Origin: Octopus vulgaris
Lineage: Eukaryota
Length of the DNA: 64,000 bases
Reading direction: 5' to 3'
Assembly (NCBI GenBank): GCA_951406725.2
Contig: OX597819.1
Location: forward strand, 51,460,001 to 51,524,000
The first letter of the stretch is position 1; every line of letters begins with the position of its first letter. Positions 1 to 13,017 of the stretch are shown here, in pieces. The notes under the pieces are model-generated. The model was not told the DNA's origin and made no database searches. It saw nothing but the letters and a program-made list of their open reading frames with translations. The position numbers and the translations under genes were made by a program.

Positions 1-374
1 ATAGAACTCCGAGTTTCGAATGTCGGAGTTGAAACCTACGCCAGCATCTCTTCAGTTATCGGGCCATCGAAAGAAATCAGTTGAGGACTCTGCCCCGCCA
101 GAAGAATTTAATATGGACGCCTACTGCATCGATTATTCTGTGAAAAACATACCTGTACCATCAACGGAACTATACTCTAAGAAACTTTTGGAGAAAATTA
201 CAGATTTTTTTCGATGGCCCGATAACTGCAGAGAAGCGGGCGTGGGTTCCCATCCCGACATACGAAACTCGGAGTTTTATCACTGAATAATTGTCACATA
301 TTATATTTACAGATAAATTCATCTATTTACATAATATCGAGGTCTTCATTCTTTTGTTGTCTTGCCATTTCTAT

Positions 375-377
<3 letters not shown>
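1..377 (+). mobile_element. Penelope-like element fragment with fold-back arms and N-terminal ORF remnant
   Basis: Arms 1-78 and 203-280 form an inverted repeat (about 11 differences in 78 nt). The spacer encodes MDAYCIDYSVKNIPVPSTELYSKKLLEKITDFFRW, resembling the YSxKNIPxPS...L.EK...F...RW N-terminus of PLE ORFs. The element ends in (TA)n. Confidence 0.65.
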
Positions 378-720
<343 letters not shown>

Positions 721-794
721 GCTAATATGTATATACATATATATGTATAAACATAGGCGCAGGAGTGGCTGTGTGGTAAGTAGCTTGCTTACTT

Positions 795-1623
795 CACTAC
801 AGAAGAGTTCGCGTTTTTCCACGCTGATTGAAAGTCACGTCGCTTGACGTGGAATATTGAAAAATCGAAGCACGACTACAGGCAAGGCGTTTGTTTTGTT
901 TTTTGTTTTGTTTTTTTTTTGGTGGGGGAGCTTAGTGGAGTCCGTTGTTCTGTAATTAATAATTTTTGTTGAGCAAGGATTTCCACTGGGTTCCAGACAT
1001 TTGCCTGCCTGTGGTCGTGCAAAAAGACTCACTTTATAGTGAAAATTGTGTTTTCTCTTTTTTTGAGGGGGCATATCACCTCCGAAAATTTATGATTTTA
1101 TGTGACTGTGTGCACTTCGTGGATTTTACCAGTTGGAGTACAACCAGAATTTTACCATTTGGTGTACAACCAGGAATTTTTTGCTGCTATTTTTGTGCTG
1201 CAAGGGATTTTTAACTGTACGACAAAGGATTACCAGAGTTGAAGTTTGTTGTCATATGAACTGTCTTCCTTCGTTCTTTTTCTCTTGTCTGTCTTTCTGC
1301 TCTTTTTGTGTTTGCATTAAGACTTTTATTTGAACATTTTTGATTTTGTTGTGTGTTTTTATATTTTAGTTTATTTTATCAATGGCAACCAAATGTAAGA
1401 AAGCCTTGGAGTGGCAAATTGTGGCCTCCAAGGAACGGTTAAAAAGACTATGATGAGAGAACGGTGGTGTTGCGGACTTACTGCAAGGTCCGCGACACCA
1501 TCTGTGTATTCCTACAGAATGAAATTGAAGAAGAGTTGGAGGGATTTGTGCCAACTTATAGGTTCATCCGTAGGGGTGCAAAGTACGCAACGGTGTGCGT
1601 GCTTTTCGACACCCCTACGGACG
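795..1623 (+). mobile_element. 5' UTR and ORF1 N-terminus of an L1/Tx1-like retroelement (frameshifted)
   Basis: From ATG 1382: MATKCKKALEWQIVASKERLK/ERTVVLRTYCKVRDTICVFLQNEIEEELEGFVPTYRFIRRGAKYATVCVLFDTPTDV, an RRM-like ORF1 pattern. It interrupts a SINE head at 756-793. Confidence 0.45.
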
Positions 1624-1880
1624 TCAAACGATGTTGGGGGAGGAACAAACACAGACACAAACACACACACACACATACACACACGCACACACACACATAT
1701 ATAAATAAGTAAATAAATATATATATACGACAGGCTTCTTTCAGCTTCTGTCTACCAAATCCACTCACAAGGCTTTGGTCGACTCGAGGCTAGAGTAGAA
1801 AACAATTGCTCAAGGTGCCACGCAGTGAGACTGAACCATGTGGTTGGTAAGCAAGCTACTTACCACACAGCCACTCATAC
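1624..1880 (-). mobile_element. tRNA-derived CORE-type SINE (OR2-like), partial
   Basis: Reverse complement of the family seen at 16660 (tggctgtgtggtaagtagcttgcttaccaaccacatgg...). Confidence 0.85.
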
Positions 1881-2884
1881 ACCTCTGTAAAAATATTTTA
1901 TGTAAAGTAAAAAGGAATGTGGAGATCATTTATAATAAAAAAAATTATTATAATCGTTTCCTGAATCACCTCCACACGCACTAAGCTCGTGCACACCACC
2001 ACTTGTAGACGCGGTCGCCGATTCACAAGCACTTGTAGACAGACTTGTAGGTTTCTTTTTAACAAAACATGTCTAGAGTTGTTTGCTTAAAAGGAGCTTT
2101 TGCGCTCTATAAATTTCCCGGTAACACACAGGGGCATTTGTTACGGTTGTAGAAATTTTTGCACTTCGTTTAAATTTTGGATCTTATGCTTCTACATTTT
2201 TCATATTTATTACAAAATAAAACTCGTAAAGAGGTGTACACTTAGCAGAAAGATTTCGACGAGGACTCATCACATTAAACATAACATAAAATATTTATTG
2301 TGTTCGGGGTCTTCACCAGGAATTGTCTACACCAATTGCTAAAAGATGAAAGGAATATTTCTGAAATATATATGCCTGACAAGTGATTTTATTTAAGACT
2401 AGGTATTGAAACTAAAACAGTTAGAGCGTAGAAGATTCGTATTCGCCATTCAAAAACACATAGAGACTGCAGTGGAATCGTGTCAGTGACCAGGTCGCAG
2501 TAAGTGCGACGAAAATTTTAGCATCAGATAATGTTTCGGTGAAGCTAAGAATCTTTGTGTGTTTTTGAATGAGTGATATGGGTCTTTCGCGCGCTGTAAT
2601 TGTTTTAAAATAAACATACGAAATAAAGTATGAACAGTAAAAAACTTAAAATAAAAAATAAAGGCCCAGCGAGATTATCTCTTATGTCAAAATTCTTCTC
2701 TATAATAACTGTAATAAGATGTCTGATGCAACGGTATTAAACAAGGAGGCTGGTTGACCAGACAGAGAATTAAAACAGAACGAAATCGCTGTGTTGCAGT
2801 TGTATAGTATCTATTATAATGTGCTGACTATACTGGTTTTGATTATATGGAATTAAGTGGTGTAACTGAGAGCTAACGGATAAT

Positions 2885-3221
2885 TCAGCAGACCCAAACA
2901 AATATAATAATGATGATGATGATGATGATAACGACGACGACGGTTATGATGATGATAATGATGATCATGATGATCATGATGATCATGACGACGACGACGA
3001 CGACTGCTGTGATAGTGATGACGGTGATGATGGTAAAGATGATGCCGACAACGACGACGACGACGATGATGATGATGATGATGAGGAGGAGGAGGAGGAG
3101 GAGGTTGATGATGTGGAGGAGGATAAAGTTGATGACGATGATGATGATGACGACGAAGATAATGATGATAATGAAGATGATAATGATGATAATGATGATA
3201 ACGAAGATGATAACAAAATAA
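2885..3221. repeat. (GAT/GAC/GAG)n trinucleotide array
   Basis: Directly visible. Confidence 0.9.
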
Positions 3222-3335
3222 ATAGTAGCTGTGTGGTAAGTAGCTTGGTTACCAACCACATGGTTCCGGGTTCAGTCCCACTGCGTGGCACCTCGGGCAA
3301 GTGTCTTCTACTATAGCCTCGGGTCGACCAAAGCC
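3222..3335 (+). mobile_element. OR2-like SINE, 5' part
   Basis: A/B-box head plus ggcacctcgggcaagtgtcttc core. Confidence 0.85.
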
Positions 3336-4034
3336 TATATATATAACAAAGTAAAGTTGTAAGATACTGCACGAGTGGAAATATATATGAAAGAAGGTTT
3401 GAAAATGTAATTTAAATATGTTTATTCTCTTGACCGGTTTCATTTTATTAGAAAGAGATTGTCAAAAGTAAAATGTAAAGTTTTGTATAAGCTTTGTTGT
3501 GTTAAGTACTAGTTGTCACAAAAGTATTAAAATACATTTATATATATTCTTTGATAATAACAAGAAAATGTTAAAAACCGTTTACAAGAAAGTATTTAAG
3601 AAAATATTGAACAGAGTATTAGGAGTTCAATAAAAATTTTGTTTGTTTGGTACTATATCTATACACAGAAGAAGATATATTTAAGAATTTACAAAAAATT
3701 GGAGAGGAACCAACCTGTCTTTTGGGCATTTTTTTCTGTCATGCACGCACATAGGCGTTTATATTTTAAATTTTAGGCACTGATAATTTGAAATACAGTG
3801 TAATGCCCACAGTTTTTATGAATTTGTATTTTTCCTGTTCTACCAGATAATACAAGGACTGAGAAACTATAATTTCTAAGTAATAATTCGTATATCAGAT
3901 TATATATATATTATTCATTTACAGTTATGCATATTGCGATATATTCATTACATTAACGATTAAACGATATATAAACAAGAAATACGAATAGACGGATATT
4001 TTGAAGGCATATTAACACTTTGTCGTAAATACGT

Positions 4035-4102
<68 letters not shown>

Positions 4103-4290
4103 AACTGGGGAGACAATTATAAGTAGTTAGACAGACAGAATGACAGACACAAATAACAAGCAGATAGATAGATTGATAAATAGATAGATAAGTAAGTAGA
4201 TAGATAGATAGATAAAAAGCTGATTGATAGATACATACATACATATGTACATTTACATATATATATACACACACACACAAACACACATAC

Positions 4291-5587
4291 ACAGGGTGCC
4301 GTAAAAAAGTGTCGTCTAAATTACACAAAAATGAAAATAACACTGACATCTCAAATTAACAGATATATTTTCCAAAATAACATAAGAATATCTTGAAATA
4401 CTAAAAAATAAATTTATTTAATATAATCGCCATTGGCTTCAACCCCGGCCTCCAGAAGACTATGGAATCTCCAGCAACTCTTCTGAAAGGTCTCCTTGTT
4501 TAAATTGGCGAATGCTGCCATAATCATTGCGTTCAGTTCATCTATGGTGTTAAAAGGAGTTTTCTTGGTCTCGCGCCGCTCAACTGTGCCCCACACATAA
4601 TAACGAAGAGTTTGCAGGCTGGGGAGTGAGGTGACCAGATGTTAGTAGAAATGTCGTCGCAGAAATTGTCTGACAGCAATGACTGGGTTCCCCTGCTTGT
4701 GTGGCATAGTGCAGACTCCTTTTGACAGACATAGGGTCTTCCATTAACCACCTTCTTCGCCCAGGGCAGCACTACCTCCTCCAGGCAGCTGATGTAGCCC
4801 CCACCCCCGCGTCAAGTCTGAGGTCGTATGTGAAGATGAATGGAGGCATAACGCCGCCATCACTAGTGATCATTCCAAAGACCATAATGTTGACTGGATG
4901 TTTGATTTTTATCCCTTTTGGAACATGTTTTGCAGACACGGCTAGCCAACGGTTGTTCTGTGTGTTTCACCATTTGATCCTGACAGAATTTTTTCTCGTC
5001 TGAGAAAAACCAAAGCATGTTCGGTTGATGTGGATGCTTGAGCTTGTTTAAAAGCTTTGTAGAGCGGTCTTACCTCTTGTTTTGATGGCTTGGTAAAAAA
5101 TGTGTCCCTCTCTCGTCTTATATTAGGATTACCGACTGTCTTCATACACTACCTTGCATGATAGGAAACTCAGACACTCATATTCCTGGCGATGGACCTG
5201 ATTGACTTGGATGGATCGTTGTCAATCATGGCCTAAATTTACGAGTTCTTTTCTTATCAGAACTATCAGATTGAGGTTTCCGAGCTACCGCACCTTCGTA
5301 ATCCCCATTAGACTCATCCAACTCTTTCTGAATTCTCTGCACTGTTCTCATATTGACACCCAAAGGTTCTGAAATGTCTGTATTGGATTTTCCAGCGCGA
5401 ATACCAAGCAGTACAACATGTCGTTTCCAAATTTTTGGCAGAGTGAAGTGCGTCATGGTGCTGTCTCTCTCACAGACAGTGCCCAACTGACCCTACTATA
5501 CTGTGTAGTCGATAAAAGGAAAAACAAACAAAACGCATGCGCGAAATATAAAGTATAAACTGGCGACAATTTACCTATCGCAACCTG
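4291..5587 (-). mobile_element. Near full-length decayed Tc1/mariner element, DD37D (maT/Bmmar1-like)
   Basis: Imperfect TIRs CAGGGTGCCGTAAAAAAGTGTCG / CGACAATTTACCTATCGCAACCTG. Frameshifted transposase: HTH (ISEPLGVNMRTVQRI), FFSDEK, TQNNRW, IMVFGMITSDG, IWSPHSP, VWGTVE, LEAGVEANGDYIK*. Confidence 0.85.
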
Positions 5588-5652
5588 TGTGTATGTGTGT
5601 ATATTATATATGAGAAAAATTTAATTTATATATATATGTATGTGTGTGTATG

Positions 5653-5713
<61 letters not shown>

Positions 5714-6114
5714 CATACACTTATACACACATACATAGAGGCACGCACACACATACGCACATATATATGTGTATATAATTGCACACAACCAGCAGCAGCA
5801 GTAGCAGCAGCATCAGCAGTAAATCATTTGTTGTCATATTCGCTTAAACACTGAGTTTTAAATCTAATTTGTATTAGGATGAGATGTCGACATTAGTGGA
5901 ATTTATAAATTGATCAGCTGTCAGTAGTGACCTATATCGAAAGTCTGTGGAAAAAGTAAGTAAATGGCTACAAAAGACAACCAGAAATATGAAGCGAAAT
6001 ATATACAAAAATACATACGATAAATACAATATATTCGCACAAACAATTCAATCTCTCTAGTAGCAACAATATATACATTTTCTGTGTGCGTGATTGCGCA
6101 TGCGTGCGTGTGTG

Positions 6115-6168
<54 letters not shown>

Positions 6169-6406
6169 GGCTTTTAAAGCAGAGACAAAGGAATATGAAT
6201 AGTAAAAGAAATTATTATTCTCTAATTCTGCTCTTCTAATCTCCTGTCTGCTGACCTTGTGGCAAATATAAAGATTATCATTGTTATTATTATTATAATT
6301 ATTATTATTGTTGTTGTTGTTATTGTTGTTGCTGTTAATAGTCATTATGTTGTCGTGATACACTTTTTGCTACTGTTATTGTCATTGGTGTATGTGCGTG
6401 TGCATG

Positions 6407-6461
<55 letters not shown>

Positions 6462-6530
6462 TTATGCATACATACGCATACATACATATATTACGTCCAT
6501 ATATTCATATATATATATATATATATACAT

Positions 6531-6619
<89 letters not shown>

Positions 6620-7511
6620 CTCTAAATATATCTATAGAACATCTCATTTAATGACTTATATAGATGGATGTAGGATTATTTTCTTGAATGTAACCTCTAT
6701 TATTTTGTTGGCCTTTTATTTCTGGTCTACTTAGTGGATTTCTTATCTCAATGACTCGTTGTCTTTTGTTATATACGATCTCGTTAACTTCGGGTGTGAA
6801 GACCATTTATTTATATACATACATATTTATATATATATACTTAAATGGGAGAGCAATACAACTGTAATAGCACTGTATGCATATTTAAGTTATTTGGGAA
6901 ACTTAGACAGCAGAGTCTACACAGCTTCGTTGTTCGTCCAACAATATGAAGGATGTCCACGACATCTTTGCCTTGCAACTGGCTACTTTAAACTTTTCAT
7001 CTCCCTTTTTCTGTTCAGAAACTGGGATATTTCCATAAGACATTTCAGCAGCTATTTCTCTCAAACGCAAAGCTATCACATGACTCTGGATTCATGTCGA
7101 TGTATTTTAACTGGACTTTGTAACTATACTTGTCGAACGTCCCCCTGCTCCAGTCAACTCATAGTAGGAAAGGTATTTTCTATCACATGTGCCATTCTGT
7201 CATTGTGGCCAGAAATCCGCAGTTGGGCGACGTATATGAAAATGTGGGCACTTGGCGATATTACGGAATTGTGAACCTCGGTGTTGGGGAGATTGCCCTG
7301 ACAAAACACCATGCAGTATTTTGTGCCTATCGTTCATGTAGACATCTTAGTGGAGTATGCCTGTCGTAAGCAATCAGGGACTCAGTGGCAGAATTGGTAA
7401 AGCAATGACTCAGATTGATGTGAAGATTGGTCCTCTACTTCGCCAAATGTTCAGGCGTAGTCTACTGAAAGCGATTCATTAATTATCAAATAAAGCCAGA
7501 GATTTGTAAGT

Positions 7512-8125
7512 TGCAGGCGTGGATGTGTGCTAAGAAGCTTACTTCCCAACCACATGGTTCTGGGTTCAGTCCCACTGCAAGGCGGCTTGGGCAAATGTCT
7601 TCTACCGAACTGGCAGAATCGTTAGCACGTCAGGCGAAATGCTTAGCGGTATTTCATCTGCCGCTACGTTCTGAGTTCAAATTCCGCCGAGGTCGACTTT
7701 GCCTTTCATCCTTTCGGGGTCGATAATTAAAGTACCAGTTTCGCACTGGGGTCGATGTAATCGACTTAATCCCTTTGTCTGTCTTTGTTTGTCCCCTCTG
7801 TGTTTAGCCCCTTGTGGGCAATAAAGAAATATATATATATACCAAGGAAGGCCTCGTGAGTGGATTTGGTACAAGGAAACTTAAAGAAGGCCGTTGTATA
7901 TATATATGTGTGTGTGTGTGTGTATTTGTCCTTGTCTCCTCATCACCCCTTGACGACCGGTGCTGGGGAGTTTATGTTCCGGTAACGACAGAATAAGTAC
8001 CAGGCTTAAAAGAGAGAAAAAATATGTATTGGGGTCGATTCATTCGACTAAAAAATTCTTCATGGTGGTGCCCCAGCATGACCTCAGTCTAATGCCTGAA
8101 ACAAGTAAAACAAAAGATAACAAGA
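7512..8125 (+). mobile_element. OR2-like SINE interrupted by a Meta-core SINE (7608-7830)
   Basis: The host head and core resume after the insert; the insert carries gcctttcatcctttcggggtcgataattaaagtacc. Confidence 0.85.
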
Positions 8126-8205
8126 TAAAACCTATCGACGGTCTGCAGCACCTGATTCTGTACGTGATTGAAAACGAACTAAAATATAGATATGCAAACA
8201 TTATT

Positions 8206-8620
8206 AGGTGCATGAGCGGCTGAGTGGTAAGAAGCTTGCTTCCCAACCGCATGGTTCTGGGTTCAGTCCCACTACGTGGCACCTTAGGCGAGTGTCTTCT
8301 ACTATAGCATTGGGCTGATCAAATCTTTGTGAATGGATTTGCAAACTTAAAGAAGCCCGTTGTATATATTTGTATATATGTGTATGTGTGTGTGAGTGCG
8401 TGTGTGTGTGTGCATATGTGTGTGTATTTGCCACCACACCATCGCTTGACACCGATGTTTGGGTGCTTACGTCACCGTAATCTAGCGGTTCGGCAAAAGA
8501 GATGGATATAATAAGTACAAAGCTTACAAAGAATAAGTCTTGGGGTCGGTTTGTTCGACAAAAGACGGTGCTCCAGCATGGTCACAGTCAAATGACTGAA
8601 ACGAGTAAAAGAATAAAAGA
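8206..8620 (+). mobile_element. OR2-like SINE, full length
   Basis: Head, core, internal (TG)n and 3' tail ...cagtcaaatgactgaaacgagtaaaagaataaaaga. Confidence 0.9.
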
Positions 8621-9132
8621 ATATATATGTATACGCCTATATATGTCGATATATAAAGATTCCTATAAGCAACGATATCCATTTATGCAAGCACATTCTG
8701 CATGCATACTTACATATATGCATACACATGCATATACACATATACATATGCATTTATGCGTGTGTGTGTGTTTGTGTGTGTGCGTGTGTGTGTGTGCGCG
8801 CGCGTGTCAAGGTGCATAGCCTCTTGTTTAGGAGTGAAGCTCTCACGATTGCGATATTGTAATTTCGATTCCTAGAACGGCTGGTACGTTGCTGTTCTCT
8901 TCGGCAAACCACTTCCTTTTACGTTGGTCTGAGAACGCGTCAGCATCTGACGTGTGGAATACTTATGCCACACGAACAGGCAATGTCCATTTGATTGAGA
9001 GTGTGAGCATAGGTACAACATAAGCATTGGATCACAATATACAAATCATCTGTGTGGTTGTCGGAAAATAAATTGCAGAACACCTTCATACAACATCTAA
9101 AAATGGGAGAGTCTTTCATATATGTGTGTGTG

Positions 9133-9195
<63 letters not shown>

Positions 9196-9197
9196 AC

Positions 9198-9413
9198 GTA
9201 GACAGAAAGAAAGCAAAGACTGAAGATTTTCAAACGATGATTATTTAGGTATAAATATATAGACATTTATATCTTAATAGATCGAACTTACACAGAGTAC
9301 AAAGTACAGAGAAAATTAAATATGTGGAGGGAAGGTGTTACCAATCCAACAACTGTTTCTGGGAGCTCGGAGACGCATCATATCGTTGAATGCCTGGATC
9401 TAATCTGGTAACT
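9198..9413 (-). mobile_element. PLE pLTR-like fragment with degenerate hammerhead
   Basis: Minus strand reads ...CCCAGAAACAGTTGTTGGATTGG; the upstream segment is homologous to 12395-12455; flanked by microsatellites. Confidence 0.4.
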
Positions 9414-9454
9414 ATATATATATATATATATATATTTTTATATATATATATGTA

Positions 9455-9490
<36 letters not shown>

Positions 9491-9509
9491 TGTGTGTGTG
9501 TGTGTATGT

Positions 9510-10330
9510 ATGATTCCATTACCTGTACTTCTAACAGTGTTATCTACTGAATCTTCTGCTCTTTCTGTCCTCTGTACGTGGGTCAAACGGAACGTCGCTT
9601 GGCTGACCGGTTCGCGGAGCGCCTCCAAGATATTAGACTCGGCAATGACACCCCGGTCTCGCGCCATTTCAGCTCTACCGGTTATTTATTACAACACCTG
9701 TCTGTGTTCGGATTGTCTTTGCACAGGGACCATCCAGACTCCCGCCTTCGCCGTGAACAGGAGTTAATCTTCTCTCATCACTCCTTCGCGCCATATGGGC
9801 TAAACTCCCCTCCCCTCTTCATCTGACTCCCATCGTCTTCCCAAACCCATACTCAACCTTCATATCCCCATACCCAACACCGCCACACCACACACCACCA
9901 CATCACATTACACCACCCCACATCACTCCGCACACACTAGCACTGACACCATCATCCACATACATATGACAGACGCAAACACTTACACACGCACACATCC
10001 ACACGTCAAAGTCAGCAGCCGCTATCCACACGCACACACTCTCACATATATGCACGCGCACCTTCGTTTTGGGATCACCAGTAGTTTATTATCTCCCCTT
10101 CTTCCAAGCTCTCCTGTCTAACTACCTTTGTCCAACCAATCACCATGATTGACCGCTAACTCCAAAAGTATTTTATTCTCTCTCTGTTTATTACTTCGTG
10201 TTCCTTTCTGTTCATGTGCGTAGGCTCGAAACGTAAAAGACTTTCCCACATTCTCGAACGTCAAATCAATACACCTGCTTGTTGTTTATACACTTGTCTT
10301 CGTCTTTAGTTTTTCTGTAAATTCCAACTA
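9510..10330 (+). mobile_element. Neptune-type PLE 3' end: GIY-YIG endonuclease remnant, 3' UTR and HHR-like motif
   Basis: ITCTSNSVIY*IFCSFCPLYVGQTERRLADRFAERL...PVSRHF...RLRREQELIF...PYGLN; HHR-like ctttCTGTTCA..GCGTAGGCTCGAAACGTAaaag at 10204-10240; ends in (TA)n. Confidence 0.85.
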
Positions 10331-10393
10331 TATATATATATAATTTAGATATGTTCCGACCAAAGATTGGTCGAAGCCATGTCTAAATTAATA

Positions 10394-11408
10394 TTAGGTC
10401 GTCAAGTATAAAATTTGTAGTAAAGTCTATAATAAACTCTGACAGCTGCTCATTTTGCGCTGTTATATTTTGACAGTTTTATTTTTTTGTTAGAAAGCCT
10501 ACACATCTATTTCTTTACTCTGACTCAATTCGCGCTTTATGAAGTATTTATAAATCGTTCTTTCTTGGAAATACAGCATCACAGGCAGCTCGGAATATTA
10601 ATGGAGTATTTCATTCTAATGCTAGTACATAGCAGATAGTGTCAAAATGGTTTGCAAAATTTCGTTCTGGTAACTTTGACCTCGCAAAGAGCAATGCTGT
10701 CGATCAGAAACAAAGGTGGATGGTGAGGAAATAAAATCCACGGTTGAGTCAGATCCATCTCAAAGTGCCCGTGAATTTATCATTGTTGTTTGGTGTTAGC
10801 AAGCAATGAATATTGACTTACCTAGTTCAAATCGGTAAAGTGAAAAATTTGGATAAGTGGGTTCCACATTAACTCAATGAAAATCAGAAGCAGCAACGTT
10901 TGGAAGCCTGCATTATGCTACTTTCTCGTCACAAAAATTAATCACATTTTAATCGAATCGTAAGATGTGATGAAAAATGGATCCAATACAACCGTAAACG
11001 TTCAGTACAATGGCCGGACAAAGACGAGCCACCAAAACACTGTCCAAAAAGCAAAATGATCAAAAGAAGCTGATGGTGTGTGTTTGGGGATCTGGTGCAG
11101 GGGTGATTCATTATGATTTCATTAAACCTGGCTCATCAATCACGGCCGAAGTATACTGCAGCCAACTGAACCAAATGATGCAGAAACTTACAAATAAAAA
11201 GACAGGCTTGATTAGTCAACAGATCCACTCTTATTTTATTGCAAGACAACGCCAGACCACACATCGCAAAATCGACATTGGCGAAACTACAGGAGTTGGA
11301 GTTGGAAGTTTTCCTTCATCCACCATACTCACCTGATCTTGCCCCCACTGACTACCACTTCTTCCAGTATTTGGATAACGTTTTGATAGAAGAAATTAAT
11401 TCCGACGA
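10394..11408 (+). mobile_element. mariner (DD34D) transposon remnant, 3' truncated
   Basis: TA|TTAGGTCG terminus; WFAKFRSG, KWVPH*L (10855), RIVRCDEKWIQYN, KLMVCVW, YSPDLAPTDYHFFQYLDN (11326); multiple stops and frameshifts. Confidence 0.92.
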
Positions 11409-12395
11409 TGAGTGAGTTGTATTCAGGTATAGGTGGCTTATCTGGTTTTCCTTGAAGAAATTTGTCCAGGTTCAATCTAAAGGTGATGGGATCATTTTCC
11501 CCTTTGATATGTTTTGGGACAATGTTAAAGAGGGCAGGGCCTGTTGAGGAAAAGAAATTGTGTTGCAGTGTATTTATGTGTTGTGATCCAGAAAGCTAAT
11601 ATTGAGGTCGTTTTGGCAATGCTTGTGGTATATTCTCCACATCGTGCAAACTCTTCTCCCTCCGCTGGAGGGAGTAGAGTTTCAGTGCTTTAAGGTGGTC
11701 CCTGTAATCGAGATCAGTCAAGACCTTAATTCTTTTAGTGAATGAACTCTGGGGTGATTCAGTTTTTGAAATGTTTTATTTTGTACGGGGAGACCACAGG
11801 GGAAAGAGTATTCGAAGGGGAATGATGACACCTCGTTCTCTGGACCGGACGGTTCTTACGACCCAGGAGCTCACCCTACGAGTTACATCGATTTTATTGT
11901 TGATGTAGGCACTCCAGCTGAGATTGTTAACAATTACTCCTAGATCTCTGATATTATTCTTTCTACTCTAGGCATCAGGTCCGAAATTTTGGGGGAGAGC
12001 CAGCCGATTAGATCAACCACAGGACGCAACTGGGACTTCATTTAACGACCCCGAAAGGATGAAAGACAAAGTTGACCTCGGCGGAATTTCAATTCAGAAC
12101 ATAAAGATAGATGAAATACCGCTAAACATTTCGCCTGGCGTGCTAACTTTTCTGCCAGCTCGCCGCCTTAGGTCTCTGATATTAATAGATGCTGTGAGTG
12201 GTCCCCTGAAGGAAGAGAGCATGGCTATTTTAGCCTAGACTTTCTTCCAAAATTCATTAGCTTAAATTTTACCTCGTTTAGTTGTATTTTGTTTTTGTCC
12301 CCCCATTAACTCACAGCATGTAGATCAGACTGGAGTTCGGTACGGTCTTCTCCATACATAATTTTCTGTAGCTCGGAGTCATTACAAGTCCAGCA
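11409..12395 (-). mobile_element. CR1-like LINE, RT C-terminal remnant
   Basis: LQSDL...W...NKIQLNEVKFKLMNFG, DLGVIVNNLSWSAYIN, QSSFTKRI...LDYRDHLKALKLYSLQRRER. Confidence 0.75.
11957..12168 (-). mobile_element. Meta-core tRNA SINE nested in the LINE, with a 16-bp TSD
   Basis: TSD tagatctctgatatta (11941-11956) / taggtctctgatatta (12169-12184). Confidence 0.9.
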
Positions 12396-12471
12396 GTTTT
12401 CCTGGGGACTAAGAGACGTTTCAATACGTTGAATGTCTGGATCTCATCTGTTGGCTATATATATATATATA

Positions 12472-12966
12472 TTTATAAATAAGAGTATCTGAGAGATACC
12501 ACCATGCCGAAATAGCAGTCAAAACCATGACCCTAAAAACCAACTTATATATGCACGTATTGCACATACGTGTATATATATATGTATGTATGGACGTTCG
12601 TATATGTAAGTATAACGTATGTTCTGTATATATATATATATTTGTATTTATGTACCTATCTGGTATATTCAACTGACGAAGGCAGAGCTTATTTGAAGCA
12701 AAGTCAGAAATCCAGGATCTTGAATTATCCAGTAAAATCTTTTTCTTGCTAGTTTATTTTGTCTCTTTGTCTTATCACATGGCGCGATATGAACATTTAA
12801 GGTGGTTTTTAGGGTCAGAGTTTTGACTGCTATTTCGGCATGGTGGTATCTCTCAGATACCCTTATTTATAGATTTAAATAATTATTACCTTTCTATGGT
12901 ATTTATTCCCAGGCTGGCCACTTGATAAAATCGATATTTAAATATCGATATTATCCTTATTTATGA

Positions 12967-12970
<4 letters not shown>
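12472..12970 (+). mobile_element. Fold-back PLE pLTR element carrying a hammerhead
   Basis: Inverted arms at about 12474-12547 and 12799-12872, with an HHR between them; (TA)n on both sides; related copy at 15162-15400. Confidence 0.75.
12667..12725 (+). ncRNA. Minimal type-I hammerhead ribozyme, intact core
   Basis: ATTCAA-CTGACGA-A-stem II(GGC..GCTT/AAGC..GTC)-A-GAAA-TCCAGGA-TC-TTGAAT; 6-bp stem I, palindromic stem III, predicted AUC cleavage after 12719. Confidence 0.75.
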
Positions 12971-13013
<43 letters not shown>

Positions 13014-13017
13014 TATC

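Noticed and set aside
6840-7500. 171-aa ORF or possible LINE endonuclease relic
   Set aside because: No diagnostic motif recoverable by eye; left unassigned
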